DNA of 64,000 bases from contig NC_042999.1 of the NCBI RefSeq assembly GCF_006345805.1, positions 53,568,001-53,632,000 on the forward strand. Reading direction: 5' to 3'. Below are positions 11,684-25,141 of this stretch, piece after piece. This DNA comes from Octopus sinensis (lineage: Eukaryota). The notes below the pieces were generated by a model, which saw nothing but the letters and a program-made list of their open reading frames with translations, had not been told where the DNA came from and searched no databases. Both the position numbers and the translations under genes were made by a program. Position 1 is the stretch's first letter; each line of letters begins with the position of its first letter.

Positions 11684-11905
11684 TTTGGAAATAAAATGGT
11701 TAAATGAAACCACGAAGGCTATGAGAATTTTTTCTTTTAAATTTTGCCCACAAGGGGCAAAATTTTGTGTAGATATTAATCAAGGTATGCAGTGGATGTT
11801 GTTGCACAACTTTTAAACACAAAATATTTCACAATAAACAATTTTCAACGTACAAAATGACCAACTTACGTGGAGCCCATTTGACTAGCGTCCGTCCATG
11901 TCGAG

Positions 11906-11916
11906 GATAGATAGAT

Positions 11917-12009
<93 letters not shown>

Positions 12010-12027
12010 GAATATATAGATAGATAT
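11906..12027. repeat. (GATA)n at the 5' end of Tx1 copy 1
   Basis: Direct reading. Confidence 0.95.
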
Positions 12028-13988
12028 AAATGCATATCAGAAGCAGTTGTAAGTCCACAATGTGCGAATAAATAAATGTATAAAGCCCATTGTGCATGCC
12101 CTCTCGTATATATATATATATATATATATTAATATATATATATATATGCAGGTATGTATGTATACACATACCTCTATACATACATACATACATACATACA
12201 TACATACATACATACATACATACAATATATAGAAATATATATACGTACATGTGTGTGAGTGTTTGCATATATATATATGTGCATTTGTGAGCGAGTTTAT
12301 AGGCATGCGTGTGTTTTTTTTCCCGCCAGATGGCGCCCAAGTTGCTTTTGAGGTATATATGTGTAAGCAATAAAATTTTTCTGTTGTATAGAACAGGAGT
12401 GACGAGCAACAAGATCTGCACATCACAACGCGAGTATAGAACTGGTTTATTAGTTTCCTTCACTATTATGTTGTTACCAGTGCTTCCTTAAGCTGTTGCT
12501 GAGATATTGAGGAGGACTAGTGTCTTGTCATAAGCGTATGCAGCTTTGATGCACAGAAGGTGAGCAAATTTTCATACGGTTGTTTCATATGATTGTTTTT
12601 TTGTTTTTTCTTTTGAAGATCAATGCTACGTTCACTGATTGCGTCAACTTAGAATAACACAGGAATCAAATTTAAATACTATTTTATGCTTCGATTCGGT
12701 TTGTAAAATGATTAAAATATATTGGGATGTCAGCAACAATGATGAAGAATTAGACAGACACACATGCACACAAGCAACCCACACTCAAACATTGAGCTAG
12801 GCAATTAACTTGCTAATTTTGATGAATACATAGATAAACAAGGGAAGAGAGGTTTTAACATTTTAAAATGAATAATAAAATGTGGTCTATAATTCAAATA
12901 GTTTTAGGAGTAAAACATTAAAGAATTATTCCAAATATACGAATAAAAAAGGAAATAAATATTGATATTTGCAATGACAATAGATAGCTTTTGAAATAAT
13001 CACAAAGCCAGAGAAAGAGAATTAAAGATATTATGGGTATAAGCCGAGAAATTTTGTGTTTCATTATGAATTAAATTGCATTCTTGATTTTGATATTTAA
13101 TTAGTAGCTTTCGCACAACACATAATCATCTCAAGGGAGATTAGATTTAGTTATTTCGAGTTGTTTACCAATTATATTCCCAATTTTAAACAGTAATTGT
13201 ACACTGTTCTCACTTACAATAGACAAAGATGAAATTGTTTAATTTACAAGTATTTCTCTAAAGGCAACCAGGATCCAAAGCTTGGAAAAGAGCTGAAAAC
13301 ATATCTTACACCTAGAATTACATATTTTAAATACTCTGACAGCAATTGTGGCCGCCATTCACGTGGCTTTGCTTTGCACCATTTATAGCTAGAAATATAT
13401 TTTATCACATAAAACGCTCTATGCCTCAGTTTGATCGTAGGTGTCTAACACGAAGCAGATACTTATCTAATAAATTATTTCAGTGGAGAATAAGTAAACT
13501 AACTGTGAAAAAAAAGAAACCGAAAGAAAATAAATATAACGTATCAGAAGTCGTTCATCATTTACACTAAGAAGAAAAACCTGAAGAAATTATATTTGAA
13601 TTGGTTGCATCTTATTTCAATTTTAATGTGAAAATTTGTTTTCTTTCCAACTAAACACATTCATTCTGCATGTAATTTTATGTTCTTCTTGACATTAATA
13701 TTAATTTCCTTGGCCTCCATGTCACACACGGTGGATGTTTATCACTATTTTACACAATATGAAGGCAATGATAAACAAGTTTCCCTCGGCCAGATGCAAG
13801 AATGTGAAAAGTTAATGTCAGAGAAGGTGTTTTCAACACGCTACTGAAAGCGAATCAGTCACTCGTCAAATTTAAAAACAAAAAGATGTTTTGGTGTTGT
13901 TTTGTGGCGCAAGGGGTGCTATGTGTGACCAGGGTTGTCGAACGACTACTTATGACACAGAGGCCAGTTGCTCGAGCTATATTATACC

Positions 13989-14222
13989 TATTTGTTTAGT
14001 ACCCACAAGGGGCTAAACACAGATTGGACAAACAAGGACAGACAAACCGATTAAGTCGATTACATCGACCCCAGCGCGTAACTAGTACTTAGTTTGTCGA
14101 CCCCGAAAGGATGAAAGGCAATGTCGACCTCGGCGGAATTTGAACTCTGAACGTAACGGCAGACGAAATACGGCTACGCATTTCGCCCGGCGTGCTAAAG
14201 TTTCTGCCAGCTCGCCGCCTTA
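13989..14222 (-). mobile_element. tRNA-derived SINE family A with a 17-bp target-site duplication
   Basis: A-box-like TGGCAGAA...TTAG and B-box GAGTTCAAATTCC on the minus strand. TCGAGCTATATTATACC is repeated at 13972-13988 and 14223-14239. Homologous to 23988-24216. Confidence 0.9.
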
Positions 14223-15552
14223 TCGAGCTATATTATACCGCCATATATAGGAGAACCTGTCAGAGAAACAAGTTCTACACAACCTGCAATGGCACATATA
14301 GGCAGCAGTGAGACATTCTGGTCATGTTGCGTGCTCGTTTTCGTTGGAGTGAAGCAGTGACAAGCCTGGGATCATGACTTATATATTCCAACATCTATGA
14401 GTTGTACAGAGATACTTTAGAAATACTGTAGTTTCTGCAGTGCTGGATCTGGCCGTAAATGTGGAAAATATATTGCAGTTAAATCTGTTGTTAGCCACAA
14501 GTTGGCTCCTGTTAAAGCTGACCTATAGCCAAAGTCAACCCAGCTCTAATCTACAAGTTATTTCTTTTCTGTAACGGGACTACATTATTCAAAGACAGTA
14601 TAGTGTGTGTGTGTGTGTTTCTTTTTTTTAATAGCTTAACGGTGAAAGAAGTGACAAACCTTTGAGACCATCTATAATCTCCGAGATATGTAGAAATTTG
14701 TTATTCCCAGGTAACAGACTGGGACTGAATGTTACAGGTATTTTTCTGGAAAATTGTGATGTTAGACTGAGCGACAAATTCCGTTAACAAGAGACGGGAT
14801 CAGTTAATTCTGTGAACAACGAACAAGAAGACCAAAACTACAGATTTTCCCTCTCCAAATTTCCCCAATAATATATTTATTAGTTCCACCAATAACTCAT
14901 TTTTCCGGATTAAAGTCCAGTGACATGGAGTTCAAAAACCACGTTTTTGAAAGCAACCTTTTAAAGCGCGCATTTGACAATTGCTAAACTTTTATGACAG
15001 CCTCAGAAATACACAGACATGCTTCTCACAGCCGTTAACACCAGCATCATTGCTATAGCTATCAAACTGCTTATCAACTCTGTTCTTTCACCTGCCAAGC
15101 CTATTTTATTCTTTAATCGATTTCAACACTATTTTCATGTGAAAGTTCTTATTCGATCTTTTAAACGGACTGCAAGAAATTGTGAAACTTCGTTCATCTT
15201 TCAATGTTTTCTTCTGACCGTCATTCCATTGATATTCGCGCTGATGTTATATTGCATTCAAATCATTCGTCTCCTTGACTAGAACAGCCATCCATGTCCA
15301 CCTGAGTAACAATGTTATTGAACACTACTTTTTATTCTAATTATTCTCCATATTCTTGTAGTGTTTACAAAATCTCACTTCTTGTAAATCACTGACGCGT
15401 CACTCAATAAGCACTATTGGCACCATGTATATGGAAGGAGATATTTCTGTATCTACTAATGTCACCTTTGCTACATTACGAAGGAGTACTGAAAATGTCT
15501 TAGTTTTAAGGGAAGTGCGAAATGGAAGCCCAAAACTCCGAGTTCTGTTACA

Positions 15553-15686
15553 GGGCTTAGACAAACTGAAGGATCGATGCAATAAGTGAGTGAAATTGAG
15601 AGGGGAATATGTTGAATAAAATCACAATTAACTGATCCTCCTATATATTCTTTAACCTAAAGTCAGGAACTTTTCATCACACCTCG
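15553..15686 (+). mobile_element. mariner transposon 3'-end remnant
   Basis: Translates GLDKLKDRCNK*VKLRGEYVE* (mariner transposase C-terminus), then a TIR-like ...TTTTCATCACACCTCG followed by TA. Confidence 0.7.
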
Positions 15687-16123
15687 TACATAGTGTTTTC
15701 GGAAGATTTAGGAAATGCGTAAAATTCTGGTAAATGGCAAAAATCCGACGAATGGCAGAACGATTAGAACTTCAGTCAATGATCCTTGCCATGTGGTTTT
15801 CAACTTTCCGACATCAAAGGTCAGGTTTATGTTTGTCTCTCGGTTGCTGACAAAATAAATCAGGAACTGGTGATTGATTAAATCATTTATGAATAAGTAA
15901 GGTATTGCTTTGATAGATTCCAAACAATCATAGCAAAACCAAAAAGCATTGCGTCAATAAACTATTCAGTGTCATCGTCAAGAATAAATACAGACATTGC
16001 ATCAGTGCATTTCTAAATGGCGTAGCTAAAACAAAAAGTAAATGATAGCATTACTTCAATAGAAGCTTAACAGCCAGAGTTAGAAAAAAAAACATACACC
16101 GTTTGAAAATTAGAAAAATATAT

Positions 16124-16539
<416 letters not shown>

Positions 16540-17621
16540 AGTTTCTTTATTGGCCACACAGGGCTGCACACAGATGGGACAAGTTACAAGGTAGAGCTTT
16601 TCTTTTGGGGGATGAAAAAAACAAAAAAACAAAAGAAACAAAAAAAAAGGGGTGGCGTAGGTTTTCGATCAAGAGGGATCGTAAAAGGGAAGAAAAGAAC
16701 AAAAAAAAGTAAATAAATAAGATAAAAAATTAAAGAAAGAAAAGGAAAAGGAACAAAAGGAAAGAGAAATGAAAAAAGAAGAAAAAAGGGGAAAAAAAGG
16801 GGAAGAGGAAAAAAAACGATCAATAGGGATCGTGTATCACAGTGTTATGATATATGGTGTAAAGGGGAAAGCAAGTAAGGTTTATCCATGGGAAGAAAAG
16901 CCTACGAAAAAGACCACGGTAACCTTGGTCAATATTGTTATATGTTACCACATTTGTTTGCAAGTGGGTAACCCTCTGTTTTCAATTTCTGGGTTTATAG
17001 GATTATGCTCAAGGTGGCTTCGTCATTCATGCGTGCCATCCTTGCTACATTCACCCATCTTTTTTTAAAACATTCGCTAGACAAAACTTGCCTCTCTACT
17101 CTCACTTTCCTTTTCAAGTGGTACTTGAAGAAGTTGATGAGAGATTGACCAGAGAGGAAAGTGTTTGTCTCCAATCCTTTCAGACGCGTCCACCAGATAC
17201 ATTCTTTCGCCATAGCCACAAGGATGATGAAAATAGCTCTTCCTTCCCGTTTGAAGGAAGGAGGCGTGACAATATTGACGATAGACTCAGCTGATAAACC
17301 GACTTGTCCCACACGTGACAGCAGTTGTTCGACATAAGCCCACAGGTCGGAATTGTTGGACACTGAACGAGTGCGTGCAGAACGGTTTCGTCGCTCTGAC
17401 CGCATCTCGGGCAGGTCGGCCCCGTGTTTCTCGAGCCGTGTCTGTAGAGCTTATCCCGAACGGGTAGCGCTTCTCGGTAGCACTGCCAGGCCAGGGATCC
17501 CTGGAAGTTGCCGTGGGCCCTGGCCCGAAAGTCGTCCTGAACAGGCGGGTCAGGTACTCCTCGTCGACGTCCAGGTTCGCCGTCGACGAGGAGTACCTGA
17601 CCCGCCTGTTCAGGACGACTT

Positions 17622-17622
<1 letters not shown>
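16540..17622 (-). mobile_element. 5'-truncated Tx1 copy 2 with a fold-back at its 5' junction
   Basis: ORF2 C-terminus homologous to copy 1, a diverged 3' UTR with the same terminal AATAAAG, and a 42-bp inverted duplication at 17528-17622. GATA on both sides. Confidence 0.9.
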
Positions 17623-17874
<252 letters not shown>

Positions 17875-18989
17875 TGTTTATTTATTAGCCACACAGGGCT
17901 GCACACAGATAGAACAAATTACAAGGTAGAGCTTTTCTTTTGAAGGTTTAAAAAAAAAAAAAAAAGGAAGGGGGAGTTTCGATCAAAAGGGATCGTAAAA
18001 GGAGAGAAAGAGGACAAAAAAAGGGGGGGTTAAAAAAAAAATTTTTTTAAATAAAAAAAAAAAAGGGTGGGGAGAGGAAAAAAAAATTGATCAATAGGGA
18101 TCGTTATCACAGAAATGTCAATATGAAGTGTAACGGGGAGGACAGGTGAGGTTTACCCGTGGAAAGAAAAGCCTACGGAAAAGACCACGGTAACCTCGGT
18201 CAATGAAGTCACATTTTATATTCTTTTTTTTTTTTTTTTTTTTTTTGCAAATAAGCAACTCTCTGTTTTCGATTTCTGGGTTCATAGGACTATGCTCAAG
18301 GTGGCTTCGTCATTCATACGTGCCATTCTTGCTACATTCACCCATCTTTTTTTAAAACATTCGCTAGACAAAACTTGCCTCTCTACTCTCACTTTCCTTT
18401 TCAAGTGGTACTTGAAGAAGTTGATGAGAGATTGACCAGAGAGGAAAGTGTTTGTCTCCAATCCTTTCAGACGCGTCCACCAGATACATTCTTTCGCCAT
18501 AGCCACAAGGATGATGAAAATAGCTCTTCCTTCCCGTTTGAAGGAAGGAGGCGTGACAATATTGACGATAGACTCAGCTGATAAACCGACTCGTCCCACA
18601 CGTGACAGCAGTTGTTCGACATAAGCCCACAGGTCGGAAATTGTTGGACACTGAACGAGTGCGTGCAGAACGGTTTCGTCGCTCTGACCGCATCTCGGGC
18701 AGGTCGGCCCCGTGTTTCTCGAGCCGTGTCTGTAGAGCTTATCCCGAACGGGTAGCGCTTCTCGGTAGCACTGCCAGGCCAGGGATCTCTGGAAGTTGTC
18801 CATGGGCCCTGGCCCGAAAGTCGTCCCGAACAGGCGGGTCAGGTACTCCTCGTCGACGTCCAGGTTCGCCCCGAGCTCGTCGTCGTACCTCCCCTCCACT
18901 AAACCCCTATAGAATGCTTTGGTTGTGTTGAAGTCACTTAAGGTCGACCCAGGACGGCAGAGTTGCTTGAGAGCAACGCGACACTCGCG
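17875..18989 (-). mobile_element. 5'-truncated Tx1 copy 3
   Basis: Contains the ORF2 C-terminus (18282-18989) and a 3' UTR nearly identical to copy 1. Followed by GATA at 18990-19067. Confidence 0.9.
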
Positions 18990-19063
<74 letters not shown>

Positions 19064-19316
19064 CAGACACACAACATAATTTTACAATGAGAAGAGAAAA
19101 AATATATTAAGTGTCAAACATCATGTTCTCGAGAAGAACAGCCAAGACTACCTGACTAAGGAATCAATGTGAAAGAAAAAAGGGAGAGAATTAAGCAGCC
19201 GAAATGGAGGTGGTCTGAGTGACGGGTTGCACACCGCATAACAAATGCTGTCTCCAGCCGCGTTTTGCAGACATATTTGCAATGATGTTGGCGCAAGGGA
19301 TGACCAGCTACCCTCG

Positions 19317-19424
19317 CTTATTATATTATATTACGTTATATTATATTACATTATATTATATTATATTATATTATAATATATTATATTATATTATATTATA
19401 ATATATTATATTATATTATATTAT
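19317..19424. repeat. (ATATT)n pentanucleotide repeat
   Basis: Direct reading; a degenerate continuation follows at about 19811-19890. Confidence 0.9.
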
Positions 19425-19810
19425 ACTAGCAGTATAGCCCGGCGTTGCTCAGGTTTATTTTCTTTTCGACCCTTTAGAAGAGTAAAAGTTTTGCATTATG
19501 TAGCTTGTTATTCTCTTTAAGTGAACTTTTTTCTGGTTGAAATACACCGAAAAATGGCGACACAGCAGTCAAAAAATCGTAAAAAATAGGGATTTTCATA
19601 GAAAAAAGCAACTTTTTGATGTAAAAATATTTTGTGTTAACATGGTCCGATTTGAATGTTTTCTTCTACGGAATGACGAGCAAGCCTTCTTCTATCATAC
19701 TCTCAATTTTGGTCAACTAACGCCGCAGGGTCTTGAAGGAGATAGTGTTAGTTGAAGGCTACCAAACCTGCTACACACACACAGACAACTTCAGCTTTAT
19801 ATATAAAGAT
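19425..19810 (+). mobile_element. Non-autonomous Helitron/Helentron-like (Lep1/HINE-type) element
   Basis: 5' end ACTAGCAGTATAGCCCGGCGTTGCTC and 3' end ACAGACAACTTCAGCTTTATATATAAAGAT. The termini match 40463-40864 while the interiors differ. Confidence 0.6.
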
Positions 19811-20548
19811 TATTTTGTATTATATTATATTATATTGTACTGTATTATACTATATTGTATTGCATTGTATCGTTATATTGTATTGTATAGTATTGCAAAG
19901 TTTCTCTTTGCCGTTTATTCGTCCATATAAAACTTTGAATTCTAAATATCATACTGCTGCTTCTTATGCCAATATTCAATTTCATTGTTCCAGTGTGCCT
20001 TTTTTACTTAAATTCTCTCTGCTTATATTTTTTTGTAGTTTCTTGTAGAATTTAAACTGCTGCATTTGCTGTACCTCAAAATTCCTCGTGGAATTTGTAC
20101 AACACAGAGATGATTTTGTGTTACATATAATTTGCTGTGATGTTTGTGCTGTTCTTGTATCATTGTATTATGCTGTTCTTGCGGTGGTTTACGGTTTATG
20201 TGAAAGGTGCGATGTGTGAACTGAGGTGTGGCACGTGGTGAAATGTTTCTGTTATCGCATTGGGAATAGCTGACCAATTAATAATTGTTCAGGTGGATTC
20301 CTGAATCATGTAATTTCTTTATTTTAATATCGCTATTGTTAAAGTTTGATTAGTCTTACCTTCTTTGCAATATTCTAGCCACCATTCAGCGAAATGCGAA
20401 TTAGTAGGCATAGGCTAAGTTTTCAGCCATTGTCTATATTAACGAGGGTATTATTGCAATCTGTTGATCAATGTATTCCACATGTATTGTTTTGTCTATC
20501 TTAATCATGTCATTACCAGATTTGGGGCACGACGCATAACTATGCATT

Positions 20549-20623
<75 letters not shown>

Positions 20624-20828
20624 ATAGATAGATAGATAAGGTACATAAATGACAGTAAATGGTTGGGCCAATAGATAAAGCTATCTCTTCAGTTACACCT
20701 TCAACAATTTCCTATTTTTGTTTCAAGGAATAGAAAACAGGAAATTATGTGGAGATAGTTTCTTCAATAGAAGGCAACACATTTTATTAGTAACTCGCAG
20801 AAGTTTGTGACTTATATATATATATATA

Positions 20829-21240
20829 TACTCTTTACTCTTTACTCTTTTACTTGTTTCAGTCATTTGACTGCGGCCATGCTGGAGCACCGCCTTTATT
20901 CGAGCAAATCGACCCCGGGACTTATTCTTTGTAAGCCCAGTACTTATTCTATCGGTCTCTTTTTGCCGAACCGCTAAGTGACGGGGACGTAAACACACCA
21001 GCATCGGTTGTCAAGCAATGCTAGGGGGACAAACGCAGACACACAAACACACACATACATATATACATATATATACGACAGGCTTCTTTCAGTTTCCGTC
21101 TACCAAATCCACTCACAAGGCATTGGTCGGCCCGGGGCTATAGCAGAAGACACTTGCCCAAGATGCCACGCAGTGGGACTGAACCCGGAACCATGAGGTT
21201 GGTTAGCAAGCTACTTACCACCCAGCCACTCCTGCGCCTA
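20829..21240 (-). mobile_element. tRNA-derived SINE family B inserted in (TA)n
   Basis: Head TAGGCGCAGGAGTGGCTG..GGTAAG with B-box GGTTCAGTCCC, an internal microsatellite, and a (AAGAGTA)n tail. Near-identical copies at 43105-43516 and 63642-64000. Confidence 0.9.
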
Positions 21241-22339
21241 TATATATATATATATATGAGTTGAAATAGTTGCAGTTCATGAGGATGTGTCATTTGTTTG
21301 TAATAAATATCTAAATTGGACTGATTTTAATATTTAATGACTAAATTATTTAATTGATCAATTTGTTGTTTTGGTTTCCATTTTTAATTTACATTTATAT
21401 ATATGATAGAATATTAAATATACAATATATGAGTATGATTTATATATTACTATATTTATAAAAAATATATATTTATTATCAGTTTCAAACTGATCAAGAA
21501 GAACGTCTACCGGCTGGTTGATTTCACAAAAGATCCGTGGATTGGAATAAGTGATATTGTTTCAGTGAACAAAAGATGTTATATATTTCCGTTATTAACA
21601 TTCTGAGAATGTATTTCTGTTAGAAATATTTTGTGATGGGAGTATTGTAAACAAAGGACCATCACCTGGAGCAATGACTGTGGACGCGTTAAAAACTAAA
21701 AAGAGCAGAAAAGAAAACATAGAAAGACAGAAAAAATGAGATTAAAACAGAAAGTAAAATGAATGAGAACAAAGAAAGCAAAAAACAAAAAAAGAAGCCA
21801 TAAAATAAATAAAGAGTAAAAATCAAGAAACAAGAAATAATGCGAAATTGTTCACAATGCAATGTTCCACAAAAGATTCGCTGTATGACAGCAGCTGAAT
21901 TTAACGTGATTGTTTTCAGTACCTAAGAATAAATTTTCTCTTGTACATATAAGGATTGAATATTTCCGATTCATCGTTGAAATATAACACTAACACGCTA
22001 GAATTCTAACCGACCAATATATTCTCAGGTGGGTAGTCACGGCATTTTTTGGTAACAGTTTTCGACAAAAGCACAGCTAATTCCTTATGTCACACCATTT
22101 TTTCTCGCTTTCAAGGAACTGATACTTAAGTTAGAGAGAGTGGTGTAGATTTCAGAAAGTGTTTTTGCTGCTTTTTCTATAACAGCTAATATGTAATTTT
22201 GATACGAGACGTTCATATATCAATCCCGACAAGAGTACGAATTTAAAATGTATGAAACCTTATTGTAAGAGTCCAATATCTTGTCTACCTGACATGAGAA
22301 ACTCACAAAGTAATCTGTCCGCATTCATACATATACATA

Positions 22340-22404
<65 letters not shown>

Positions 22405-23596
22405 ATGTAATGTGTGAACACACGCAGAGAAGACACTGAAAGTGAAAATGAGTGGAAGAAACAGAAAAGGAGAGGAAGAATGAGAGAGATTTTGATGATG
22501 TCTTTGAATTTATCAATTAAGAATAGTAACGCAATAACTGAAATTGCAATAACAACAAAAAACTAAAGGTTAGATTTTGTTCAGTATTCATTATTTACGA
22601 TTATTGTCAGTTCGAATTTCCACCATAATAGACTGATCAGATAAACAGTAAAGTAACGATTTCGTCTAGTATTGATTTATAAATATATAAGTGCTTGTAT
22701 ACAAGAGGGAGACAAAGGAAATGCAGAAATAGATAGGTACATATATAAAATGTGTGTGTATGTGTGCGAGTATGTATCTCTGTATGTTATGGGGAGTGAG
22801 AGTGAGAGGGGAGAATTAGTCTGTCATGCGATTAATGTTTTCGACCAACCCCTTTTTATTAATAATTCAATTTCTCTAAATAAAAGTCTAAACCAATGTT
22901 CCAAACATCAGTGTGTCCAGAAATAGAAATATAATTACTTGAATAAGAATAAAAAAAAAAGATGGCTTATTTGTAGATGGGATGGTTCTTACTGTTGATC
23001 AATCTCTTCTGTTATGTTTATGAGGAGAGGGATAACACCATTTTGGCTCGAGTATGAATTGTTATTGGGAGAATACCTAATCCATTGAGCCAGTCATGTT
23101 TACTTAGAAACAAAAAGAATAGTAACGTTCGTCCTATTTCTGGAACTCTTCTATGTTTTTTTATAAATAGATATTCGTGTTATATATTATATTTCATAAT
23201 ATCTATTTCTTTACTTTATATTTCACAATATCGTGTAATATATGAGAACTTTTATCACTATAAGTTTTACGTATTCACATTAAGAAAGAAATGTTACACT
23301 GGGCACTGTACATCAGTTTCACCATCATCGGATATTAAAGGGCATAGAGGTTGAAGGCAGGCTCGACAGAAACACAAAGATTCTTTTTATTTTACGCAAA
23401 TCCAGCTGAGTTGAATTTTGGTTTAAATTTTCGTTAAAAATTGATTTCGCATTAACTGACAGTTCTCACACTCAATGTGATTCAGCACTTCATGTATCTT
23501 AGAAATCCAGGATTATAATTTTCAAGTTCACTTCAAAATACATACATGAATATACTTTCTAACTGTGCAGAAAACAATCTTGTCTTTTATCTCTTG

Positions 23597-23627
<31 letters not shown>

Positions 23628-23987
23628 TGTATGTATGTATGTATGTATGTATGTATGTATGTATGTATGTATGTATGTATGTATGTATGCATGTATGTAT
23701 TGCATGAACATGTAAATCATAAGGTTTGTGACCGAGGAATAACTGGGACTGACATCTGTTCAATCCATCCAGAAATCCAGCTGAGACCAGTTGGCAATGA
23801 CATCTAACCGGTAGCTCTATAATGATTATCATCCAACTTACTTATTTTGCAATATAACTCGGAAGTTATCTACGCAGTGCATCATAGTACCTCCAACAGA
23901 ATATCTCGACGTTGTCAACATTTGTCGATGTGCAGAAGTCATTAGTGCAACTATTTTCAACGGAAGTGGCTTGTATCCATCGAAACT

Positions 23988-24216
23988 GCGGCGAGCTGGC
24001 AGAACCGTTAGCACGCCGGGCGAAATGCGTAGCCGTATTTCGTCTGCCGTTACGTTCTGAGTTCAAATTCCGCCGAAGTCGACTTTGCCTTTCATCTTTC
24101 GGGGTCGATAAATTAAGGACCAGTTACGCACTGGGGTCGATGTAATCGATTTAATCCGCTTGTCTGACCTTGTTTGTCCTCTCTGTGTTTAGCCCCTTGT
24201 GGGTACTAAAGAAATA
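23988..24216 (+). mobile_element. SINE family A
   Basis: Reverse-complement homologue of 13989-14222. GAAACTGC at 23982-23989 and 24217-24224 is a probable TSD. Confidence 0.88.
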
Positions 24217-24249
24217 GAAACTGCTCGTGCGACTTGCTAGTCACGGATT

Positions 24250-24880
24250 ATGCTCAACGACAAGCTTGGTTTTTAACTTCCCGTCTTTTTCTTGATCATT
24301 TCCCACCGTGCTCTCAAACAAGAGCTCCTTCGAAATTTATAGTTGCCTGATATGAACCACGATTTCTTGATAGTGTAGAATGTATTTAAAGACAAGGGAA
24401 GCATGACGTCTATGTTACTTCGTATGAAGAAGTCATTCAACACGCCTGGAACAAAAATAATTGTAGTCTTTAGAGCAAGAATTTCTGGCCATCCCGAGAC
24501 CAATACAGTTTTGCCTATGTATGGCTGCCTCGTAAAACAACCCCCCCCCCAAAAAAAAAAAAAAACGTAAATCAGCGAGTACACAGCTAACTATGACATT
24601 CTCTGTCTCGATTAAAATTCTTCTGGTCAATGAGTCTCTAGACATCGGATTCATTCTGCGATTTGAACTGGGCAAGTTTGAGCAACTTTATTCCTGTTGT
24701 GTAGTTATTGCCTACAAGATTAAGTTCACATGCCCCTACAGTGCCTAACGTTTCCCCTCGCCATCCTCATTGGACGCTGAGGTTGGCAGATGCATTGACG
24801 TTGCCTTTTAACAAGAACCCGTTGGTGTCAGTCGCAGTGATTTTAAAGGTACAATGCCTCGTTCTGACTGCCATGATTTA
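24250..24880 (-). pseudogene. Degraded APE endonuclease remnant, probably RTE clade
   Basis: Fragmentary translation (TLGTVGACELN..., DYNYFCSRRVE) resembles the N-terminus of a LINE endonuclease. Many stops. Confidence 0.35.
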
Positions 24881-25141
24881 TTAAATTGATTAACAAAAAT
24901 AGTCTAGGTTGGCAGCTTATCTGTAACTCTTCTCGATCAGATGGGATAATATTTTCCGTTCGGGAGCTGAGGGGAAGCTGCTTATCTAAGAGCCACATCG
25001 CTGGTACTCACTCTTTTACTTCATCCATTAATCTTGCTGTATCGTCTTCTCTGTTGCTGTAACAACGATGACTACGAACGAACCAGTGTCAGACTTACCC
25101 TTTCACACCGACCCTTGTTGGTATCTCCGTTGCTCTAAATA

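Larger units (their letters stand above)
5678..11905 (-). mobile_element. Full-length (about 6.2 kb) Tx1-clade LINE, copy 1, frameshifted as assembled
   Basis: Order on the minus strand: 5' UTR, ORF1 with CCHC knuckle, ORF2 with APE endonuclease, RT and C-terminal Zn motif, then a U-rich 3' UTR ending AATAAAGAAACA. Bounded on both sides by (GATA)n. Confidence 0.9.
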
